From positions 87,721,989 to 87,778,754 of the forward strand of contig NC_057719.1 in the NCBI RefSeq assembly GCF_004010195.1: a stretch of 56,766 bases of DNA, written 5' to 3'. Shown here one piece after another: positions 46,934 to 56,766 of this stretch. Both the position numbers and the translations under genes were made by a program. The DNA is from Chiloscyllium plagiosum. Taxonomy: Eukaryota. Below the pieces are notes generated by a model. That model did not search any database and was not told the origin of the DNA. It was given only the letters and a program-made list of their open reading frames with translations. The stretch's first letter is position 1, and every line of letters starts with the position of its first letter.

Positions 46934-47433
46934 NNNNNNNNNNNNNNNNNNNNNNNNNNNNNNNNNNNNNNNNNNNNNNNNNNNNNNNNNNNNNNNNNNN
47001 NNNNNNNNNNNNNNNNNNNNNNNNNNNNNNNNNNNNNNNNNNNNNNNNNNNNNNNNNNNNNNNNNNNNNNNNNNNNNNNNNNNNNNNNNNNNNNNNNNNN
47101 NNNNNNNNNNNNNNNNNNNNNNNNNNNNNNNNNNNNNNNNNNNNNNNNNNNNNNNNNNNNNNNNNNNNNNNNNNNNNNNNNNNNNNNNNNNNNNNNNNNN
47201 NNNNNNNNNNNNNNNNNNNNNNNNNNNNNNNNNNNNNNNNNNNNNNNNNNNNNNNNNNNNNNNNNNNNNNNNNNNNNNNNNNNNNNNNNNNNNNNNNNNN
47301 NNNNNNNNNNNNNNNNNNNNNNNNNNNNNNNNNNNNNNNNNNNNNNNNNNNNNNNNNNNNNNNNNNNNNNNNNNNNNNNNNNNNNNNNNNNNNNNNNNNN
47401 NNNNNNNNNNNNNNNNNNNNNNNNNNNNNNNNN

Positions 47434-48108
47434 GGTGCGTTTTGGCATCACCCTTTTGGTGCCGATCATTTGGCCCCGCTGTTTTGGCTCTGAACTGTTT
47501 TGGCACTCATTACTTTGGCGCTGAGCTGTTTTGGCGCCAATTCAGAATTTTTAAAAACATCTTGTTTGGTTAAAGAAGAGAGGATGACTAAAAACCGGAT
47601 GTAATTTTCCCAACTAGCAAGAGTTGATAGTCAAAGCTGTAATGACCCGCTGTAGATTCAAATCTCGTTTTGTAATCATTTTCTCATTTAACAATTGTTA
47701 ATAGTCATCTACTGCCTTGATGATACTTAAGCCCTTCTGTCTTCACATTAGAAAGCTGTAATACAATTTTCTTTCTATTTTCTTGTAGAGCCCATACCAG
47801 AAATAGCTGAAAACATTCTAAGCAAGAGAGACAACCAAAATTTTCACACAATGGTTATCTATATGTATTTGATAAATGTAGCAAAATGTAGAAATTCATT
47901 TTTATAATGAATAGGGTTAAAAATAATGAATAAAAAAGAATTAGATTTATTTCTAACAATGCAATAAAAACAAATTTCTTATGGACTCTAAAAGACTTTT
48001 TTTATTCTGAATTGGCGCCAAAACAGCTCAGTGCCAAAGTAATGACTGCCAAAACAGTTTAGAGCCAAAATGGCGGGGCCAAATGATCAGCGCCAAAAGG
48101 ACTGCACC
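47434..48108. mobile_element. Non-autonomous DNA transposon (MITE) with about 105-115 bp terminal inverted repeats
   Basis: Left arm 47434-47548 is the reverse complement of 48004-48108; arms are built of TTTTGGC(G/A)C subrepeats; AT-rich interior; GGTGC...GCACC ends. Confidence 0.85.
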
Positions 48109-48109
48109 T

Positions 48110-51100
48110 CAAAGGCTCATTTCAAATAAGGGTCTCATGTAATGAGGGGTACATCAGTTCCAAGTGATCAATTGTGTTAGGGGACTCTCTAGTCAGGAGC
48201 GAGGGTGTGGTGTTGGAAAAGCACAGCAGGTCAGGCAGCATCCGAGGAGCAGGAGAATCGCGTTTCGGGCCAGAGCCCTTCATCAGGAATGAGGCTGGGA
48301 ACCTCGGGGGTGGAGAGATAAATGGGAGGGTGGGGTGGGGCCGGGGGGTAGGTAGCTGAGAGTGCAATAGATGGATGGAGGTGGGGGTGACGGTGATAGG
48401 TCGGAGAGGAGAGTGGAATGGATAGGTGGGAAGGAAGATGGACAGGTGGGACAGGTCATGAGGGCAGTGCTGAGCTGGAAGGTTGGAACTGGGGTAAGGT
48501 GGGGGGGAGGGGAAATGAGGAAACTGGTGAAAGTAGTTTCTACACCGCTGAAGCCAGGCGCCAACTCAAAGAGACCTCCTCTTACCACCCCCTCGACCAT
48601 GACCTCACCTCCCATCACCATACAATCATCTCCCAGACCGTACACGACCTCACCACCTCAGGGGATCTCCCACCCAAAGCTTCCAACCTCATAATTCGGG
48701 AACCCCGCACCGCCCAATTCTACTTCCTACCCAAGATCCACAAGCCTGACTACCCCAGCTGACCCATCGTCTCAGCCTACGCCTGCCCCACCGAACTCAT
48801 CTCCACACACCTTGACACTGTCCTATCCCCCAACAGGAACTCCCCACATACGTTCGGGACACTACCCACACCCTCCACCTCCTCCAAGATTTCTGTTTCC
48901 CTGGCTCCCAATGCCTCATCTTCACCATGAATATCCAATCCCTCTACACCTCCATCCGCCATGACCAGGGCCTCCAAGTCCCCCGTTTCTTCCTCTCCCG
49001 ACGTCCCCACCAGTACCCTTCCACTGACACTCTCATTCGTTTGGCTGAACTGGTCCTCACCCTCAACAATTTCTCCCTTGAATCCTCCCACTTCTTCCAG
49101 ATGAAAGGGGTAGCCATGGGCACCTGCATGGGCCCCAGCTATGCCTGTCTCTTTGTCGGCTACGTGGAACAGTCCATCTTCCGTAGTTACACCAGCACCA
49201 CTCCCCACCTCTTCCTCCACTACATTGATGACTGCATCGGTGCCACCTCGTGCTTCCATGAGGAGGTTGAATAGTTCACCACAGAACACACTAGATGGCC
49301 TCCTTCTTTAAAGACCATAATTTCCCCTCCCGTGTGGTTGATGATGCCCTCCAATGCATCTCATCCACATCCCACACCACTGCCCTTGAACCCCATTCCT
49401 CCAACCCCAACAATGACAGAACCCCCCTGGTCCTCACCTTCCACGCCTTCCTCCATATACATCACATCATCCTCCACCATTTCCACCACCTACAAACGGA
49501 CCCCACCACCAGAGATATATTTCCCTCCATACCCTTATCCGCGTTCCGTAAAGACCGTTCCCTCTGCGACCAGCACCTTCCCCTGCCACTGCAGGAATTG
49601 CAAAACCTTCACCCACACCTCCCCCCTCACCTCCATCCACGGCCCTAAAGGAGCCTTCCACATCCATCAATGTTTCACCTGTACTTCCACACACGTCATT
49701 TACTGTATCCGTTGCTCCCAATGCAGTCTCCTCTACATTGGGGAGACAGGACGCCTTCTCGCAGAGCGATTCAGAGAACATCTCCGGGACACCCTCACCA
49801 ATCAACCCAACTGCCCCGTGACCGAACATTTCAACTCCCCCTCCAACATTGCTGAGGACATGCAGGTCCTGGGCCTCCTCCATTGCCACTCCCTCACCAC
49901 CCGATGCCTGGAAGAAGAGCACCTCATCTTCTGCCTTGGGACCCTCCAACCCTATGGCATCAATGTGGATTTCACCAGTTTCCTCATTTCCCCTCCCCCT
50001 GCCACCTTATCCCAGTTCCAACTTTCCAGCTCACCACCACCCTCATGATCTGTCCCACCTATCCATCTTCCTTCCCACCTATCTGCTCCACCTTCCCCTG
50101 CAACCTTTCATCTTTATCTCCACCGTCAACCACCTATTGTACTCTCAGCTCCCTTCCCCCCAGCCACATGCCCCTCCCACTTATCTCTCCAACCCCTAGG
50201 CTCCCAGCCTAATCTCTGACGAAGGACTTTTGCCTAAAACGTCGATTTTCCTGCTCCTCGAATGCTGCCTGACCTGCTGTGCTTTTCCAGCACCAAATTC
50301 TCGCCTCTAATCTCCAGCATCTGCAGTGCTCACTTTCGCCTTTTTATAGGGCACAGATAGACGTTTCTGTGGCCAGCAGCAAAAAATCAGAATGGTGCGT
50401 TGCTTCCATGGTACCAGGATCAAAGATGTCTCAGAGAGGGTGCAGAATGTTCTCAAGGGGGAGAGGGCCCAGCAGCAGGTCATTGTACACATTGGAACCA
50501 ATGACAAAGGAAGGGAAAAGGTTGAGATTCTGAAGGGAAATTACAGAGAGTTAGGCAGGAGGTCATTGAGGGTAGAAATGTCAGGTTTACTCTCAGTGCT
50601 ACGAGCTAGTGAGGGCAGGAATAGGAGGATAGAGCAGATGAATTCATGGCTGAGGAGCTGGTGTACGGGAGAAGAATTCACATTTTTGGATCATTGGAAT
50701 CTCTTCTGGGGTAGAAGTGACCTGTACAAGAAAGATGGATTACACCTGAATTGGAAGGGGACTAATGTACAGGCAGGGAGATTTGCTAGCGCTGCTCGGG
50801 AAGATTTAAACTAGTAAGGTAGGGGATGGGACCCAGGGAGATAGTGAGGAAAGAGATCAATCTGATACTGGTACAGTTAAGAAAAGAAGTGAGTCAAACA
50901 GTCAGGACAGACAGGGACAAAGCAGAGAACAAGGTAGAACTGATAAATTAAACAGCATTTATTTCAATGCAAGGGGCCTAACAGGGAAGGCAGATGAACT
51001 CAGGGAATGGTTAGGAACATGGGACTGGGATCTCATAGCAATTACAGAAACATAGCTCAGGGATGGGCAGGACTGGCAGCTTAATGTCCCAGGATACAAA

Positions 51101-53750
51101 TGCTATAGGAAGGTTAGAAAGGGAAGCAAGAGAGGAGGGGGAGTGGCATTTTTGATAAGCAATAGCATAACAGCTGTGCTGAGGGAGGATATTCCCGGAA
51201 ATACATCCAGGGAAGTTATTTGGGTGGAACTGAGAAATAAGAAAGGGATGATCACCTTATTGGGATTGTATTATAGACCCCCCCAATAGTCAGAGGGAAA
51301 TTGAGAAACAAACTTGTAAGGCGATCTCAGCTATCTGTAAGAATAATTGGGTGGTTATGGTAGGGGATTTTAACTTTACAAACATAGACTGGTACTGCCC
51401 TAGTGTTAAGCGTTTAGATGGAGAGGAATTTGTTAAGCGTTTATGAGAAAATGTTCTGATTCAGTACGTGGATATACCTACTAGAGAAGGTGCAAAACTT
51501 GATCTACTTTTGGGAAATAAGGCCAGGCAGGTGACTGAGGTGTCAGTGGGGGAGCACTTTGGGGCCAGCGACCATAATTCTATTACTTTTAAAATAGTGA
51601 TGGAAAAGGATAGACCAGATCTAAAAGTTGAAGTTCTAAATTGGAAGAAGGCCAATTTTGACGATATTAGGCAAGAACTTTCAAAAGCTGATTGGGGACA
51701 GATGTTCATAGGTAAAGGGACGGCTGGAAAATGGGAAGCCTTCAGAAATGAGATGAAAGTCCAGAGACTTCTTAGGCTGAAAGGAAAGGCTGGTAGGTAT
51801 AGGGAATGCTGGATGACTAAAGAAATTGAGGGTTTGGTTAAGAAAATGAAGGAAGCATATGTCAGGTATAGACAGGATAGATCGAGTGAATCCTTAGAAG
51901 AGTATAAAGGCAGTAGGAGTATACTTAAGAGGGAAATCAGGAGGGCAAAAAGGGGACATGAGATAGCTTTAGCAAATAGGATTAAGGAGAATCCAATGAG
52001 TTTTACAAATACATTAATGACAAAAGAGTAACTAGGGAGCAAATAGGGCCCCTCAAAGATCAGCAAGGCAGCCTTTTGTGTGCAGCCACAAGAGATGGGG
52101 GAGATACTAAATGAGTATTCTGCATCAGTGTTTACTGTGGAGAAGGACATGGAAGATATAAAATGTAGGGAAATAGATGGTGACATCTTGAAAAATGTCC
52201 ATATTACAGAGGAGAAAGTGCTGGATATCTTGAAATGCATAAATGCATGGATAATCCCCATGACCTGATCAGGTGTACCCTACAACTCTGTGGGAAGCTA
52301 GGGAGGTGATTACTGGGCCTCTTACTGAGATATTTGTATCATCAGTAGTCACAGGTGAGGTGCCAGAAGACTGGAGGTTGGCTAACGTGGTGCCACTGTT
52401 TAAGGAAGGTGGTAAAGACAAGCCAGGGAACTATAGACCGGTGAGCCTGACGTCAGTGGTGGACAAGTTGTTGGAGGGAATCCTGAGGAACAGGATGTAC
52501 ATGTATTTGGAAAAGCAAGGAGTGATTAGGGATAGTCAACATGGCTTTGTGCGTGAGAAATCATGTCTTTTAAACTTGATTGAGCTTTTTGAAAAAGTAA
52601 CAAAGAGGATTGATGAGGGCAGAGGGTAGATGTGATCTATATGGACTTCAATAAGGCGTTTGACAAGGTTCCCCATGGGAGACGAATTAGCAAGGTTAGG
52701 TCTCATGGAATACAGGGAGAACCAGCCATTTGGATACAGAACTGTCTTGAAGGTAGAAGACAGAGGATGGTGATGGAGGGTTGTTTTTCAGACTGGAGGC
52801 CTATGACCAGTGGTGTGCCATAAGAATCGGTGCTGGGTCCTCTACTTTTTGTCATTTTCATAAATGATTTGGATATGAACATAGGAGGATTAGTTAGTAA
52901 GTTTGCAGTTGACACCAAAATTGGAGGTGTAGTGAACAGCGAAGAGGGTTACCTCAGATTACAACAGGATCTGGACCAGATGGGCCAATGGGCTGAGGCA
53001 TGGCAGATGGAGTTTAATTTAGATAAATGCAAGATGCTGCATTTTGGGAAAGCAAATCTTAGCAGGACTTATACACTTAATGGTAAGGTCCTAGGGTGTG
53101 TTACTGAACAAAAAGATGTTAGAGTGCAGGTTCATAGCTCCTTGAAAGTGGAGTCATAAGTAGATAAGATAGTGAAGAAGGTGTTTGGTATGCTTTCTTT
53201 ATTGGTCAGAGCTTTGAGTATAGGAGTTGGGAGGTCATGTTGTGGCTATACAGGACAATGGTTAGGCCACTGTTGAAATATTGCATGCAATCCTGGTNNN
53301 NNNNNNNNNNNNNNNNNNNNNNNNNNNNNNNNNNNNNNNNNNNNNNNNNNNNNNNNNNNTTTTCCCTGGAGCGTTGAAGGCTGAGGAGTGACCTTAAATA
53401 GGTTTATAAAATCATGTGGGATAAATAGACAAGGTCTTTTCGCTTGGGTGGGGGAGTCCAGAACTAGAGAGCATAGGTTCACGGTGAGAAGGCAAAGATA
53501 TAAAAGGGTCCCAAGGGCAACCTTTTCACGCAGAGGGTGGAGCGTGTATGGAATGAGCTGCCAGAGGAAGTGGTGGAGGCTGGTATAATTATTTAAACAA
53601 CATTTAAAAGGCATCTGAATGGGTGAATGAATTGGAAGGGTTGAGAGGGATATGGGCTGGCAAATGGGTCTCGATTAGATTGGGATATTTGGTCGGCATG
53701 GATGGGTTGGACCGAAGGGTCTATTTCCCTGCTGTATATCTATGACTCTA
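48110..53750 (+). mobile_element. Long CR1 LINE: ORF1 SGNH/GDSL esterase and ORF2 APE-RT, decayed, interrupted by the Penelope-like element
   Basis: VLGDSLVR (48172-97) continues as GTDRRFCG (50348-); VIVHIGTND, DGLHLNWKG; YFNARGL, AITET, GDFN, SDHN, NYRPVSLTS, LGPLLFVIFINDLD; 3' tail near 53750. Confidence 0.92.
48200..50340 (+). mobile_element. Penelope-like element (RT and GIY-YIG endonuclease) with inverted terminal copy at 48200-48535
   Basis: FYFLPKIHKPD, GVAMGTCMGPSYACLFVG, HYIDDCIG, CTSTHVIYCIRCSQCSLLYIGETGRLLAERFREH; internal deletions; inserted in the GDSL motif of a CR1 ORF1. Confidence 0.9.
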
Positions 53751-53985
53751 AATGGGGTCCAAGCACTGATCCCTACCGTGCCCCACAAGTCAATGCCTGC
53801 CATTCAGAAAAAGGCCTGTTTATTCCGACAGCTGTCCATGTGTTAAATTTATGCCAAATGGCAAAAAGTGATCTATTGGATGAATGGGGTGGGAGGTAAG
53901 TTTAATTTTTATAAAAAGGGGAAAGAAGGAAAAAGCAAGGATGGGGCTCCTAACAATTAGTTACACTCGCTAGTGGAAGTTATCG

Positions 53986-54211
53986 AAAGTTGAAACTTTA
54001 TTGCTGGAACAGCACAGCAGGTCAGGCAGCATCCAGGGAACAGGAGATTCGACGTTTCGGGCACAGGCCCTTCTTCAGGAATTCCTGAAGAAGGGCCTGT
54101 GCCCGAAACGTCGAATCTCCTGTTCCCTGGATGCTGCCTGACCTGCTGTGCTGTTCCAGCAATAAAGTTTCAACTTTGATCTCCAGCATCTGCAGACCTC
54201 ACTTTCTCCTC
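53986..54211. mobile_element. Short palindromic Penelope-terminus element with hammerhead cores
   Basis: Perfect 192-bp palindrome 53986-54177 centred on GAATTC, plus tail; 14-bp TSD GAAGTTATCGAAAG at 53976-89 and 54212-25. Confidence 0.88.
54081..54116 (+). ncRNA. Minimal type I hammerhead ribozyme (mirror copy on the minus strand at 54047-54082)
   Basis: ATTC-CTGAAGA-A-GGGC(CTGT)GCCC-GAAAC-GTC-GAAT: helix I ATTC/GAAT, CUGANGA and GAAA cores, very short helix III. Confidence 0.75.
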
Positions 54212-56100
54212 GAAGTTATCGAAAGCTCTGTTATTCAAAGCAAGAAGTTGTCTCCACACAGTGGTGTTTTGTGCTAATACAAAACACAAATACACCATAA
54301 ACCTCACTTCAGCTAAATGTGCCAAGAAATCACAAAGCGGGGTGCGTGTGTGGAATGAGCTGCCAGAGGAAGTGATAAAGGCGGGAGCAATGACAACATT
54401 GAAAAGACATTTGGATAGTTTCACGGGTAGAAAAGGTTCAAAGGGATCTGGGCCAAAGGCAGGCAAACGGTTAACTTAAGAACCCTGATCAGCATGGATG
54501 AGTTAGGCTGAATGGCTGCTGTATGACTCTATGACTCAATGATTGAGGCTCGAGTTAGTCAGGGGCTACTTAAATGCAAATCCCTGCTCTTTCTTTGTGA
54601 ATCGAAATGAGGGCAAGGAGATATATCACTCACTTGCTGGGGAGCCTTGACACAGATGCGCTGCGTTTGGAGACCATCACAAAAGGCTACCCGGGGGTAT
54701 AGCGGGAGGGACTACAAAGTCAGGGAGTCTCGATACAGTTTCCCTGTATTGTGTGGGTGGGGGGGGGGGGCTTTGACAAAGACTTTGGACACAGCTTATT
54801 ATGGCTAAGAAGAAGAGTCATCAATACACTGACAATACACACCATTTACAACCGACCAGTCTTTGTTTTAACAGAAACATCTCCAGTCAGCAAGTGGAGG
54901 CTTCCCAACATGGGGACTGGGTCAAATTAATATTATCAAGAGAATTTCAACAGGTCTTTAAGGGAGATTGGGATAAAGGGTGACGACAGTAGATTCAGAT
55001 AAGACAAAGTGAAGGAGATTCATAGAAGCAGCATAAATGTGTATGATAGGCCAAATGGCCTGTTTCTGTGCAGTCTATCCCACATTATCCATGTTTTGTG
55101 GTTTATCTGCCATGTGTGAGCCAATAATTCTCATCGCGTGCACATCTCCCGCTCTTAGCTCCACCTTTGTCCACCTATCCAATCTAATCTGGAATATAAA
55201 CCAAGTTTCTCACACAGTCACTAATCCTGGAATTTACGTCAACAAATCTCTGTGAGGAGGTCTCTCCCTGTCCATTGTTACAAATGTTTTAATTTCAATT
55301 TCGTACCTCCAGTCCTTTATTTTAAGCACCTCTACTAATACTGAAAATAGTCTGCTTCTGTGTATCCTGGTCCCATCCATTTTAACTATTTTTATTTCTC
55401 TGCAGTCCTCATTATTCTACCGAGAGATTATTTCAAGTGTACCTTGCTGTTTGCAGTCCAACATCATACTAAATCTGTGTTGTTAACCTCTCTCAAGTCT
55501 CAGTACCCTTCTTCATGTGAAACCTCATATGGAAAACATGACTGCAGAAGAACATAAAAAAACACAGGAACCACTCGGCCCCTTGACTATATTTTATTCA
55601 ATAAATTGCACTGATTTTGACTTTCTGGTGTCCGAATCTTCAGTCTTCATTTGCACAAAGCATACTCAAGTGGTGGCTCTTACCTAGATTATTGTGGGAA
55701 CTCCATTAGTGAGGACAATGTGTCTTTTTGCATTCAGTCAGCTCATGTTGTTACAATCCCCACTGATTTTATTACAGCCCTAATCAGACCCCAGTCTGAA
55801 ATCTGGCTTCATTGACCTTTTGTTTTAATTTTTAAAGGTGATCTGTCACTGAATCACAATCACACTGAATTCTTAGGATGCAAAAGGAGGCCATTCATCC
55901 CATTGCCCCTGGGTCTATCCGCTAGTAACAGTTTATCTTTTGTCCATATTCCTGAGCACCATTTTGATCCAAATCACCTTTCAATGCTCTTTTTGAAGGT
56001 CTCAATTGAACCAGAAGCCACTACATTTTCAGGCAGTACAATATTGTTTTTTTTTCTCAAATCACCCTTGCTTCATTTGCACAAATTCCCACTAAGACCT

Positions 56101-56567
56101 AGGAATTCTCTCATCACATAACAGATTTTTAAAAATCAGAAATACTGCCAAGTAAATCACTAAACCCACATGCCACTGGTTCAAAATCCAAACTTCTGAA
56201 TAAAAATCACCCACCTTACATTGCAAAGGTGCTACCAACCCACGGTAATCGACTTGGTGACCACACCCCTCCCAGAAGTTACTCCAGTGCTTCCTCTAAG
56301 TACAGAGCTGAAAATGTGTTGCTGGAAAGGAATTCTCTCATCACATAACGGATTTTTAAAAATCAGAAATACTGCCAAGTAAATCACTAAACCCACATGC
56401 CACTGGTTCAAAATCCAAACTTCTGAATAAGTATGCACATACAAATCACCCACCTTACATCGCAAAGGTGCTACCAACCCACGGAAATCGACTTGGTGAC
56501 CACACCCCTCCCACAAGTTACTCCAGTGCTTCCTCTAAGTACAGAGCTGAAAATGTGTTGCTGGAAA
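56101..56567. repeat. Tandem duplication of about 227-240 bp
   Basis: 56101-56327 and 56328-56567 are near-identical apart from a ~12-13 bp indel and a few substitutions. Confidence 0.9.
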
Positions 56568-56766
56568 GGCGCAGCAGGTCAGGCAGCATCCAAGGAACAG
56601 GAGAATCGACATTTCGGGCATAAGCCCTTCTTCAGGAATGAGGAAAGTGTGTCCAGCAGGCTAAGATAAAAGGAGGGACTTGGGGGAGGGGCGTTGGAAA
56701 TGTGATAGGTGGATGGAGGTCAAGGTGAGGGTGATAGGCCGGAGTGGGGTGGGGGCGGAGAGGTCA
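56545..56766 (-). mobile_element. Penelope-like element terminus running off the window end
   Basis: GAGCTGAAAATGTGTTGCTGGAAAGGCGCAGCAGGTCAGGCAGCATCC..CCCTTCTTCAGGAATG, as in the other copies. Confidence 0.8.

Noticed and set aside
50392..50814. A host SGNH hydrolase gene
   Set aside because: It directly precedes an APE-RT ORF2, so it is the esterase-type ORF1 of a CR1 LINE.

Overview
Eukaryotic, repeat-rich genomic DNA, most likely from a shark or other elasmobranch (inferred from the HE1/V-SINE-like, CR1 and Penelope-like repeat content). The minus strand carries 11 consecutive coding exons of a phospholipase C beta 2 gene (equivalent to human exons 4-14: PH-domain end, EF-hands, catalytic X domain). 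All have GT-AG boundaries and compatible phases, and there is a candidate linker micro-exon. The introns hold nested transposons. (1) A full-length but decayed R2-A-type retrotransposon (12874-17138) sits outside rDNA, inside a CR1 LINE. It begins with exactly 28 nt of 28S rRNA that form the P1 strand of a recognisable HDV-like ribozyme. (2) A 5'-truncated CHID1 processed pseudogene with polyA signal and 8-bp TSD is inserted into a Ty1/Copia (GalEa-like) element. (3) Penelope-like elements and short palindromic derivatives carry minimal hammerhead ribozyme cores, some on both strands. (4) A 41-bp minisatellite starts at a PLCB2 splice donor. Family names come from motif recognition, not database searches, and repeat boundaries are approximate unless a TSD or junction is stated.
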